The notes under the pieces were generated by a model. That model searched no databases. It was not told the DNA's origin and saw only the letters and a program-made list of their open reading frames with translations. A stretch of 64,000 nt of DNA, from the NCBI GenBank assembly GCA_965199495.1, contig CBDASK010000003.1, positions 1,248,001-1,312,000 on the forward strand, read 5' to 3'. The stretch comes from Abditibacterium sp. Its GTDB lineage: Bacteria; Armatimonadota; Abditibacteriia; Abditibacteriales; Abditibacteriaceae. The translations under genes were made by a program, and so were the position numbers. Below, one piece after another: positions 55,555 to 64,000 of this stretch (its first letter is position 1; each line of letters begins with the position of its first letter).

Positions 55555-55672
55555 GGTGACAAGTGTCGGGTAGCAAGTGACAAGGAGGTCAGGGCGGTTC
55601 AACTGCTGTCGCTTTTTTCGTTTTTCACTTTCTTACTTTACACTTGTCACTTGCTACCTGACACTTGTCACC
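55555..55672. repeat. Heptamer-periodic inverted repeat (GTGACAA family)
   Basis: GGTGACAAGTGTCGGGTAGCAAGTGACAAG ... CTTGTCACTTGCTACCTGACACTTGTCACC. Confidence 0.85.
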
Positions 55673-55678
55673 TAAAAC

Positions 55679-56923
55679 ATGGACTTACTCCGATTCTCCA
55701 CTTGCGGCAGCGTGGACGATGGCAAATCAACCTTGATTGGCCGTCTGCTTTACGACTCCAAGAACATTTTTGAAGACCAACTCGAAGCCGTCGAAAAATC
55801 TTCGACCAAACGCGGCGACGATTACGTCAACCTCGCGCTTCTCACGGACGGTTTGAAAGAAGAGCGCGAACAGGGCATTACGATTGATGTGGCTTATCGC
55901 TACTTCGCCACGCCCAATCGCAAATTCATTATCGCCGATACGCCCGGTCATATTCAATATACGCGCAACATGGTAACGGGCGCTTCTACGTCACAGTTGG
56001 CCATCGTTTTAATTGATGCCCGCAAGAGCGTTATCGAACAAACCAAACGCCATTCTTATATCGTTAATTTGCTGCGCATCCAACACGTCGTTTTGGCGGT
56101 TAATAAAATGGATTTGGTGGATTATTCGCAGGAACGTTTCGACGAAATCGTCGCCGATTACCGCGCGTTCGCCGAACCGTTGGGCAACCTGCACGACATC
56201 ACCGCGATTCCTCTGGCCGCGCTGCACGGCGATAACGTCGTCGAACCATCGGAAAATTTGAGTTGGTATAACGGCCCAACGTTGCTTCAGCACTTGGAAA
56301 CCGTCGAAATCAGCGACACCATCAACCACGAAGACGGGCGTTTTCCGGTTCAATGGGTGATTCGTCCGATGAGCGAGAATTATCACGATTTTCGTGGCTA
56401 CGCCGGGCGCGTGGCTGGCGGCACGTTCCGGCCCGGCGATGAAGTCACGGTGTTGCCGAGCGGACTTTCCACGCGTGTCAAAACGATTCACACGGCGGAA
56501 GGCGACTTGGACGAAGCGTTCGCACCGCTCTCGGTTTCGCTGACATTGGAAGACGAAATTGATATTTCGCGCGGCGACATGATTGTGCCGTCGGATAACT
56601 TGCCGCAGCACGCCAACGAGTTTCACGCGATGATCTGTTGGTTCTCGCCCAAACATTTAATTCCCAAAGGCAAGTATTTTCTTCGTCATACGACAAGAGA
56701 TGTGCAAGCGATGATCGCGGGTATCGATTATAAAGTCGATATTAATACTTTGGAAGAAGAAGATAACGATGCGAAATTTACTTTAAACGACATCGGTAAA
56801 ATTCGCGTGCGCACCGCCGACCCGCTCTTTTTCGATTCGTATGCGCGCAATCGTAATACGGGCAGTTTTATCTTGATTGATGCAGGCACGAATGAAACCG
56901 TCGCGGCAGGCATGATCTGTTGA
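55679..56923 (+). CDS. cysN: Sulfate adenylyltransferase subunit 1 (no CysC fusion)
   Basis: GSVDDGKST, EREQGITIDVAYRYF, DTPGH, NKMD, ETVAAGMI. Confidence 0.96.
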   Translation: MDLLRFSTCGSVDDGKSTLIGRLLYDSKNIFEDQLEAVEKSSTKRGDDYVNLALLTDGLKEEREQGITIDVAYRYFATPNRKFIIADTPGHIQYTRNMVTGASTSQLAIVLIDARKSVIEQTKRHSYIVNLLRIQHVVLAVNKMDLVDYSQERFDEIVADYRAFAEPLGNLHDITAIPLAALHGDNVVEPSENLSWYNGPTLLQHLETVEISDTINHEDGRFPVQWVIRPMSENYHDFRGYAGRVAGGTFRPGDEVTVLPSGLSTRVKTIHTAEGDLDEAFAPLSVSLTLEDEIDISRGDMIVPSDNLPQHANEFHAMICWFSPKHLIPKGKYFLRHTTRDVQAMIAGIDYKVDINTLEEEDNDAKFTLNDIGKIRVRTADPLFFDSYARNRNTGSFILIDAGTNETVAAGMIC

Positions 56924-56924
56924 T

Positions 56925-57068
56925 TTAGCCACAGAAGACACAGAGAAGACACAGAGGGGCACAGAGAAGAACGAAGAAAATAAGCAAATAAGCAAAGCCA
57001 CAAATAGTGGTTTTCCGTTTCTATTTTCTTCGTTCTTCTCTGTGCCCCTCTGTGTCTTCTGTGGCTAA
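56925..57068. repeat. Palindromic element with 9-nt periodic arms (CACAGAG family)
   Basis: TTAGCCACAGAAGACACAGAG...GGGCACAGAGAAGAACGAAGAAAATA and its inverse, between convergent genes. Confidence 0.85.
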
Positions 57069-57070
57069 TT

Positions 57071-57853
57071 TCAAACGCTAAATTCGCGAATCAAAGCCAC
57101 ATTCTTCGCGTGTTTCCAATCGAAGAAGCGCCACCAACCTTCCATGTCCGAAGGCGGCGGCACTTGTTTGACGATTTCTTCGTCGCTCAAACCCTGTTGA
57201 ATCAGCGGCGGCACGGCGGCCAACATCTCCTCGAAATAGCTCTCGAAGCGGCGGATGCAATCCATATCGAGGCTCGGCCCGTGGCCGCAGATGATGGCGT
57301 CCACATCGTAGGATTGGATAATCGTCAAAACTTCGCGCAGACGGGCGACTTTTTGCGGCGTCGGCTGGCATGGAATCAAGCCCCAACCGAACAAATCGGC
57401 GATGTGCAAAACGCGCGCGGCGGGGAAATGCAGAATCGTATCCCACGGCGTGTGCGTGCCGCCGACCCAGCGCATCTCGATTTTTTGAGTGTCTTTCCCA
57501 TACAAATTGGCCGAATCGGGATAGGTAATGTCGGGTTTGCCTTCCCAATCGCCCGCGCTGTCGGCGCACGACTGGTGCGCGATAACCGGCGCGCCCTCGC
57601 GTTTCCACTGCGGGTTGCACGCGATATGATCGGCGTCCCAGTGCGTGGTGACGACATATTTCAAGTCTTGCCCGGTCGTCTGTTTAATCAAATCGCGAAC
57701 GACATCGGCTTGATCAGCGTCTTCCAACGCGTCAATTACAGCCGCACCATTGCCCAAATCATACCACGCGATGTTATCCACAGCCACGCGCAACCACACA
57801 CCCGCGCCGACTTCTTTGACTTCGTTTTCGTGCCATTCGTCCAAATTTGCCAT
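57071..57853 (-). CDS. MBL-fold metallo-hydrolase
   Basis: THWDADH, THTPWD, IADL, CGHG; ATG 57853. Confidence 0.85.
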   Translation of the reverse strand: MANLDEWHENEVKEVGAGVWLRVAVDNIAWYDLGNGAAVIDALEDADQADVVRDLIKQTTGQDLKYVVTTHWDADHIACNPQWKREGAPVIAHQSCADSAGDWEGKPDITYPDSANLYGKDTQKIEMRWVGGTHTPWDTILHFPAARVLHIADLFGWGLIPCQPTPQKVARLREVLTIIQSYDVDAIICGHGPSLDMDCIRRFESYFEEMLAAVPPLIQQGLSDEEIVKQVPPPSDMEGWWRFFDWKHAKNVALIREFSV

Positions 57854-57864
57854 AGGCGCAAAGT

Positions 57865-58002
57865 TTAGCCACAAAGGGCATGGAGAACACACAAAGGGGC
57901 ACAAAGAAAAACGAAGAAATTAAATCGGTGAAGGCAAACTATAAAATATAACCCTTCTATTTTTTAATTTCTTTTCGCCTCTTTAGTGCCCTTTGTGCCT
58001 AA
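57865..58002. repeat. Degenerate CACAGAG-family palindrome
   Basis: TTAGCCACAAAGGGCA...CACAAAGGGGCACAAAG / CTTTAGTGCCCTTTGTGCCTAA. Confidence 0.6.
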
Positions 58003-58035
58003 TTTACGTTTTCCTGCCACGCCCGCGCCCGCGCT

Positions 58036-59250
58036 TTGCCAAACTCTCCCAACTTCGTGAAGACTTCTTCCTCTCAAAAATTCGGTGGCTTGCTCATCAT
58101 TGACCGGTTCGTCGGCAAACTGGTCGTCGGCGCGACTTTGGGCGCGGCGGGTTGGTTTCTCGGCATTTTGCTGATCGCCGTGGTAATTACCGGCATCCAA
58201 AAGCTCGTCACCAACTCGTTGAGCGGCGGCGAAATGTTGATTTTCGTGGGATTGCAACTGCCGCGTATGATCGTGTTCGCCCTGCCGATGGCGATATTGT
58301 TCGGCAGCGTGCAAGCGTTCGCGGCGTTATCACGGCAGGGCGAAGCCGTGGCTCTGGGCGCGGCGGGCGTGAGTCTGGTGCGCATGATGCGCGCGCCGCT
58401 CATCTGGGCGGCGATTTTGACGTTCGTCAGCTTTGCCCTCAGCGAATGGCTGGTGCCGCCACTCGAACGCTCCAAAGATTCGATTCTGGTTTCGCATTTG
58501 TCCACCAGCATCGGTCAGGGCGGCTTTCGCTATCAAGACCCGGCAGCCGACGAAGATTTGCCGCTCAAAACTCTGGTGCAGGCCCGCAGCTTCGATTTCA
58601 AAGCGTTGACTTTGAACCAGCCACGCGTGCAATTGTTCGATGACGATCAAAAATTAAAAACGCAAATTGTGGCGCAATCGGCCAAGTGGACGGGCAAATT
58701 ATGGGTTTTATCGCAGGGCGTATTAACGACTTTCCCACCCGCCAAAGACGGCGAAATCTCGCTGCCCAAAGCCACCGAATTTGGCACAACGAGCGTCGAA
58801 TTGCCCGCGCCCGAATTTCTTAATCGCAGCGCCAACAGCCTTTCGATGCGCCTGTCTCACGGCGATTTCCTGATGGTTTCGCTGCCCGAAACTTTGGCCT
58901 ATCGCCGCGCCATCGCCGCGCAGTTGCCGCTCGCCCAAACCAAAGCCGAACGCGCGCGGACGGAAAAACTCGTCAAAAGCGCGACTTTCGGCATCCACGA
59001 CAAAATCGCCGCGCCTTTAATTTGTTTCGCCTTCGCCCTCGTCGGTTTGCCACTGGGTCTGCATTCGCCGCGCACCGGAGGCGGCGCGCTGGGAATGTCG
59101 TTCGTGGTTTTGGTCGTCTATTATGTGATCTGGACGTGGTGTTCGACGCTGGGTCGCCCCGGCGCCGTCAATCCGGTCGCGATGGCCTACGCGCCGTTAT
59201 TGTTAATTTCGGCGATTGGCGCGTGGCTGGTGTGGTTGCGCAACCGTTGA
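58036..59250 (+). CDS. LptF/LptG family permease
   Basis: IIDRF, LPMAILFG...LSRQGEAVAL.AAGVSL.R, periplasmic domain, KIAAPL.C..FALVGLPLG; start uncertain. Confidence 0.8.
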   Translation: MPNSPNFVKTSSSQKFGGLLIIDRFVGKLVVGATLGAAGWFLGILLIAVVITGIQKLVTNSLSGGEMLIFVGLQLPRMIVFALPMAILFGSVQAFAALSRQGEAVALGAAGVSLVRMMRAPLIWAAILTFVSFALSEWLVPPLERSKDSILVSHLSTSIGQGGFRYQDPAADEDLPLKTLVQARSFDFKALTLNQPRVQLFDDDQKLKTQIVAQSAKWTGKLWVLSQGVLTTFPPAKDGEISLPKATEFGTTSVELPAPEFLNRSANSLSMRLSHGDFLMVSLPETLAYRRAIAAQLPLAQTKAERARTEKLVKSATFGIHDKIAAPLICFAFALVGLPLGLHSPRTGGGALGMSFVVLVVYYVIWTWCSTLGRPGAVNPVAMAYAPLLLISAIGAWLVWLRNR

Positions 59251-59412
59251 AAAAGCCACAGAGAACACGGAGAACGTACAGAGGAACACAGAGAAGCGCG
59301 AAGAAGTTGTCAATTTAAAGAACTAATTTTATATTTTACTTTTCCTTGTTAATTTCTTCGCGCTTCTCTGTGTTCCTCTGTACGTTCTCCGTGTTCTCTG
59401 TGGCTTTTTCAA
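59247..59412. repeat. Palindromic element with 9-nt periodic arms (CACAGAG family, ~60-bp arms)
   Basis: TTGAAAAAGCCACAGAGAACACGGAGAACGTACAGAGGAACACAGAGAAGCGCGAAGAA and its perfect inverse. Confidence 0.9.
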
Positions 59413-59493
59413 CGTCGAAAACTACTTTTCTCAGCACAAGCACAGACAAAGCGTGCGCGTCTTGTGTTATCTTTAAGCGCGTTCTTGCCTGCA

Positions 59494-61347
59494 ATGACCG
59501 TTTCAACCTCACGCGATTCTTCCGTTTCGACGCCCCATTTTTGGCGCCGGACGCCTCTCGTGTTGGCGATAATTGTAGGCGTCTCGCTATTTCTGTTGTT
59601 GTGGAAATTGGGCAGTTACGGTTTGATTGACGTGGACGAAGGCCGCTATGCCGAAGTGCCGCGCGAGATGTTCATATCGGGTGATTGGCTGACGCCGCGC
59701 CTGAATTACCTCAACTTTTTCGACAAACCGCCCTTGCTTTACTGGGGCATCGCGCTCTCTTACGCCATTTTCGGCGTGACTGAATTCGCCGCGCGCTTGG
59801 TTCCAGCGCTGTGGGCTTTGCTTGGCATCGTCGCGACTTACGCGTTGGGCCGCCGCATGTTTGGGCCGCGCGCCGGATTTTTAAGCGCGATTATTCTACT
59901 CACCTCGCTGATGTGGACGGTGATGGCGCGCGTGGTTTTGACCGATATGGCGGTATCGTCGTTGGTCTTTTGCGCCATCGCCTTTTGGTGGCTGGCCCAA
60001 ACAGCAGCCACGGCGAAGGAACGTACGCGCTGGCTGGCATTATTTTGGATTTCTCTCGGATTAGGAATGCTCGCCAAAGGCCCCGTTGCGCCGGTTTTGT
60101 GCGGCGGCGCGATTTTCGTTTATCTGCTGGTTTGCAAACGCTGGCGCGACTTGCGCCAGATGGGCTGGATTTGGGGCATTCCGTTGTTAATTGCGGTCGC
60201 GGCGCCGTGGTATATCGCGATTGCGGCGCGTCATCCCGAATATAATAACGCGTTTTGGTATGAGCAAAATTTTGGGCGTTTCACCGGTGCTATCAGCAAA
60301 GTTGACCATTCGCACGGGCCGCTATTTCTGCTGCAATTTCTGCCGGTCATTTTCTTTCCGTGGTCGGTCTTCGCCCTCCCCACTTTATTTTACGGCTGGA
60401 AAAAACTGTGGCCGGTTCGCACGCAAAATCAGCGCGCCGCCGTTTATTTGCTGGGCACCGTCGCGTTCGTGCTACTGTTTTTCTCGACCTCGGAAAGTAA
60501 GCTCATCACCTACATTTTGCCGGTCGTGCCGCCGCTCGCGATTCTAATGGCGGCCTACTTCGACCGCTTATTGAGCGCGCCAAAACTCGGAGTATTTATC
60601 AACGTTTGCGGCGGCATTTTCGCGGCGATTCTCATCATCGGTGGCGCCGTGGCTTGGTTTATCGCGCCCACCAAACTCGATGTTAAAGGCGCCAGCGATA
60701 CTATCAGCCACGTCGCCGCGCTCGCGCTGATGATTTGGGGTTTGGCGCTCGCTTTCGCGTTGTGGAAACGCAGCGCGCCCACGTTATTGGGCGCGATGGC
60801 GGGCGGTTACGCGCTCTGTTTCATGGTCGGCATGGCGTTGGTTTCGCAAATACTACCCGGCATCACGACCAAACCGTTGATTGCGCAAATCAAACCGGGC
60901 ATTGGGCCGGACACCGAAATTTTAGCCATCGGATTTTCGCAGAGTTTGCCGTTTTATACCGGCAAACGCATGCGCGTGCTGGGCACGCCCGACGAACTGG
61001 CGCACGCCAAAAAGTATCTTTCGCCCACCGAGCGGAAGCGTTGGTTTTTTCAAATCGCGCCCGATTTGCGGCGCTTGATGCTGAGCGACAAACCCGTGTA
61101 TTGCGTCATTCGGCGCAATAATTTTTTGGGTTACGAACAACGCGCGGCGCTCGCATTAACTCAAACAGAAGGCCAAATTTTCGAGATCGCGAACAATGAC
61201 CGTTTCGTGATTCTTGGAAACGCTGCTGCCACGCAATTGACGCCGCCCGCGCCGGGCGTAGCGGGCTTTGACCAAATGCGTGAGGCTGCCGAGAAACTCG
61301 ATGCGCGCGGGCGCGAACAGCTTTTAGAAAAGGCGAAACAGGATTAA
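59494..61347 (+). CDS. ArnT/GT83-like lipid glycosyltransferase, copy 1
   Basis: DVDEGRYAEVPREM..SGDW.TP, FFDKPPL.YW, EFAARL, LAKGP, SKLITYILP. Confidence 0.85.
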   Translation: MTVSTSRDSSVSTPHFWRRTPLVLAIIVGVSLFLLLWKLGSYGLIDVDEGRYAEVPREMFISGDWLTPRLNYLNFFDKPPLLYWGIALSYAIFGVTEFAARLVPALWALLGIVATYALGRRMFGPRAGFLSAIILLTSLMWTVMARVVLTDMAVSSLVFCAIAFWWLAQTAATAKERTRWLALFWISLGLGMLAKGPVAPVLCGGAIFVYLLVCKRWRDLRQMGWIWGIPLLIAVAAPWYIAIAARHPEYNNAFWYEQNFGRFTGAISKVDHSHGPLFLLQFLPVIFFPWSVFALPTLFYGWKKLWPVRTQNQRAAVYLLGTVAFVLLFFSTSESKLITYILPVVPPLAILMAAYFDRLLSAPKLGVFINVCGGIFAAILIIGGAVAWFIAPTKLDVKGASDTISHVAALALMIWGLALAFALWKRSAPTLLGAMAGGYALCFMVGMALVSQILPGITTKPLIAQIKPGIGPDTEILAIGFSQSLPFYTGKRMRVLGTPDELAHAKKYLSPTERKRWFFQIAPDLRRLMLSDKPVYCVIRRNNFLGYEQRAALALTQTEGQIFEIANNDRFVILGNAAATQLTPPAPGVAGFDQMREAAEKLDARGREQLLEKAKQD

Positions 61348-61348
61348 A

Positions 61349-63061
61349 TTGACACAAACTAAAACACCGATTTGGGGCTGGCCCCTGTTGCTCGTCTTGT
61401 GCGGCATCACCTTTTTTCTGGGACTGGGCGGTTTGCCGCTCGTTGGCCCCGACGAACCGCGTTACGCCGAAATCGGGCGCGAAATGTTCGCTTCGGGCGA
61501 TTGGATTACGCCGCGACTGAGCGGTTATTTATGGTTCGAGAAACCGATTTGGCTCTACTGGGGCGAGGCGATTTCTTATCATTTATTTGGCGTCAATGAG
61601 TTCGCCGCGCGCTTTCCGTCGGCGCTGTCGGCGCTGATTACGGTGGGTTTCGTCGCGTTTGTCGTCGGTAAATTGGTGTCGCGGCGCTGGGGCTTATTGT
61701 CGGGCGGCGTGTTGGCGACCAGCGCGCTGTGGCTGGGGCTGGCGCGCGGCGCCTCGACCGATATGGTTTTATCGTGCTGGATCGCCGTGGCTGTGTTGGC
61801 GGGCCATCTGGCGATACGCTCGGCGGGCAAAGCGCGCACGGGTTACTGGCTTTTGTTCACGTTCGCGCTGGGCGTTTCGATGCTCGCTAAAGGTCTCATC
61901 GGCATTTTGCTGATTTGCTTGATTCTGGGCATTCACCGTTTGTTAATGAAGCGTCCGATTGGCAAATCAATGCGGCGTAATGCGGCGTTGTTGTGGGGCG
62001 GCATCGCCGTTTTCACGCTGACAATCGCCAGTTGGTATGTTCCGGTCACGCTCGCCAACGGCATGGTTTTTATCGACGAATTTTTCGTCAATCATCATTT
62101 CAAGCGGTTTCTGACCAATGAATATCACCATTTGCAACCGCCCTATTTTTATCTGTTTGTGGCGTTTGCCGGATTGTTGCCGTGGCCATTTTTCCTGCCC
62201 GGTGCTTTTGCGCGCCTGAAAAAGTTGGCCGCGCGCGATAGCGAAGGCGGCGAATTATTGTTGCTGGCGTGGGTTTGGGCGATTATTCCCATCGCGTTTT
62301 TCTCGATTTCCAAATCGAAATTGCCCGCCTACATTTTGCCGTCGTTTCCGCCGCTCGCGATTTTGCTCGGCTGGGAAATCGAGCGCATCTGGCGCGGCGA
62401 AATCGACGTTTGGGGAAAAATTGGGCTGGGCCTGACTTCCGCCGTGGCTGCGGTCATCGGCATCGCGTTTGTGGTCGCAGTCTTCAAAGAGAGCGTTGCG
62501 GTGAGTGGGCTGGGATTCATCGGTTTGATTTTGCCGCCGCTCGTTGGCATCGGCGCTTTGGTCGCGTTCTTTCTCAAGAAGCGCGAAGCAGCCACCGGCG
62601 CGACAATGGTCTTGACCGCCAGCGTGATTTTGGCGGCGGCGATGCTATTGTTCCCGCATCTGTCGCACGACCTCAGCCGCAAAGAGCTTTCGGTCGCCGC
62701 GTTTAACGCGCTCAAGCCGGGCGAAAATCTCGTTTATTACAAAAAGGAAAAGGAATACGCGCCGGTCTTTTACGCGCGCGGGCGCGTGATTTTTTATAAG
62801 CAAGTCAACGATGCCAACAAAAAACCGATTCCCGGCAAAAGCACGTTGTTGCCCAAAAACACGCTCACGCCCGGCGACGAAATTGACGCTTTAACACCCG
62901 ACGAATTGAAATTGGCGATTCGCCAATCGCCGACCAAAAGCGTCATCGCGATTACCAAACCCGAAGCCGCCATCGAACTGGCCAGCGCGCCACATTTGCA
63001 GACCGCATTGATTTACCAGCAGGGCAAAGTGATGGCGTTGCGGGTGACTGAGTTGCCGTGA
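61349..63061 (+). CDS. ArnT/GT83-like lipid glycosyltransferase, copy 2
   Basis: GPDEPRYAEIGREM..SGDW.TP, WFEKP, EFAARF, LAKGL, SKLPAYILP. Confidence 0.85.
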   Translation: MTQTKTPIWGWPLLLVLCGITFFLGLGGLPLVGPDEPRYAEIGREMFASGDWITPRLSGYLWFEKPIWLYWGEAISYHLFGVNEFAARFPSALSALITVGFVAFVVGKLVSRRWGLLSGGVLATSALWLGLARGASTDMVLSCWIAVAVLAGHLAIRSAGKARTGYWLLFTFALGVSMLAKGLIGILLICLILGIHRLLMKRPIGKSMRRNAALLWGGIAVFTLTIASWYVPVTLANGMVFIDEFFVNHHFKRFLTNEYHHLQPPYFYLFVAFAGLLPWPFFLPGAFARLKKLAARDSEGGELLLLAWVWAIIPIAFFSISKSKLPAYILPSFPPLAILLGWEIERIWRGEIDVWGKIGLGLTSAVAAVIGIAFVVAVFKESVAVSGLGFIGLILPPLVGIGALVAFFLKKREAATGATMVLTASVILAAAMLLFPHLSHDLSRKELSVAAFNALKPGENLVYYKKEKEYAPVFYARGRVIFYKQVNDANKKPIPGKSTLLPKNTLTPGDEIDALTPDELKLAIRQSPTKSVIAITKPEAAIELASAPHLQTALIYQQGKVMALRVTELP

Positions 63062-63130
63062 GCTTTTTTGTGGCGGATTTCACACTTTGATTATTTAATC
63101 TGACACTTCAATTTGCAGCAATTCTCACTT

Positions 63131-63210
63131 TTAGCGGGGCTGACGCACCCTTCCAATCGGCGTGCTTTCGAGGAACTCTACCGATTGGAAGGGTGCGTCA
63201 GCCCCGCTAA
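63131..63210. repeat. Perfect palindromic element (30-bp arms)
   Basis: TTAGCGGGGCTGACGCACCCTTCCAATCGG / CCGATTGGAAGGGTGCGTCAGCCCCGCTAA. Confidence 0.9.
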
Positions 63211-63284
63211 TTTTCTATTTCAACAAGGATCAAATACTCAAGATATAAAAATCGCCGCAAAACGCTCTAAACTCAACATATAAA

Positions 63285-64000
63285 ATGAACGCCGCCGCCA
63301 CTTTAACGCCGCATCAACTGCCCGAATTTTTGCTCAATGTGGCCATCGTGCGCCCGGTTTTTATCTGGGGGCCGCCCGGCATCGGCAAATCGGCGCTCGT
63401 CCAAGAGTTCGCGTTTTCATTGGGCCTCGATTGCGTTTCGCTGTTGGGCAGCCAACTGGCGCCCGAAGATTTGATCGGCGTGCCACAAATCATCGATGGC
63501 AAATCGCGTTTTTGCCCGCCGCGTTCCATCGCGCGCGATACGCCGTATTGTCTGTTTTTGGACGAACTCAACGCCTGTTCGCACGAAGTCCAAAAAGCGT
63601 TTTACTCGCTGATTCACGACCGCAAACTGGGCGAATACGAATTGCCCGCCGGTTCGATTGTGATTGGCGCGGGCAACCGCGCGCAGGACGCGGCGATTGT
63701 CAAACCGATGTCGTCGGCGCTGCTCAATCGCATGGTTCACGTTCACCTCACGGCCTCGGCGCGCGAGTGGCTGGCGTGGGCGCACGCCACCGGAATTCAT
63801 CCGCTCGTCATCGATTATCTGGGCGCGCGGCCCGACCATTTGTGGAGCGCGCCGCCCAAGCACGAAGAGCCGTTTTCGACGCCGCGTTCGTGGCACATGT
63901 TTTCCGACGCGCTGTGGGCGTTCGCGGCGGGCGACGCCGAAAAGTTGCCGCCCGAAACCACGCTCACCGCTCTGGCATTCGGTTGCCTGACGCCTTCGCA
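63285..64000 (+). CDS. MoxR/dynein-related AAA+ ATPase (3'-truncated by window edge; absent from ORF track)
   Basis: Own translation: MNAAATLTPHQL...VFIWGPPGIGKS...EDLIGVP...LFLDELN...GAGNR...ALLNR...STPRSW. Confidence 0.85.
   Translation, partial: MNAAATLTPHQLPEFLLNVAIVRPVFIWGPPGIGKSALVQEFAFSLGLDCVSLLGSQLAPEDLIGVPQIIDGKSRFCPPRSIARDTPYCLFLDELNACSHEVQKAFYSLIHDRKLGEYELPAGSIVIGAGNRAQDAAIVKPMSSALLNRMVHVHLTASAREWLAWAHATGIHPLVIDYLGARPDHLWSAPPKHEEPFSTPRSWHMFSDALWAFAAGDAEKLPPETTLTALAFGCLTPS

Noticed and set aside
9531..62451. GCAGCCACG as a Chi/KOPS-type polar motif
   Set aside because: Orientation split is 13:8 within one 64-kb stretch, not strongly polar; genome-wide data are needed for a firm exclusion.
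1..64000. tRNA, rRNA, integrase or transposase genes
   Set aside because: No recognisable cloverleaf, rRNA signature or recombinase/transposase motif was found by eye.

Overview
Bacterial chromosomal window, GC-rich by eye. Gene content and repeat style suggest an Abditibacteriota/Armatimonadota-like organism (inference only). Bases 1-~6.2 kb are the right end of a Dpd (7-deazaguanine-in-DNA) defence island: dpdD, an XRE regulator bracketed by 11-bp direct repeats, then dpdC-dpdA-dpdB and a DUF3846-like gene, abutting the 3' end of an intact comM. The rest is mostly core genome: yraN, rnd, alr, the fabH-fabD-fabG-acpP-fabF-rnc cluster, tatC, mutY, thiOSG, ppc, rmuC, cysDN, an lptF/G-like gene, two ArnT-like transferases and an AAA ATPase running off the right edge. 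Stand-out observations: (1) an uncharacterised operon encoding a tetraether-synthase (Tes/GDGT-MAS)-like radical SAM enzyme, a divergent Lgt paralog, four tandem zinc-ribbon membrane proteins with intramembrane Cys motifs, a small Cys membrane protein and VanW; (2) a strongly over-represented 9-mer GCAGCCACG, on both strands and in several reading frames, that behaves like a DNA-uptake-sequence-type genome signature; (3) an R-M-like operon with a G18 tract whose length changes where the methyltransferase stops relative to the nuclease RBS, plus four GATC sites upstream of it; (4) many unrelated intergenic palindromic repeat families, some supplying gene ends. No rRNA, tRNA or CRISPR array was seen. 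All family assignments come from motif reading, not database searches.
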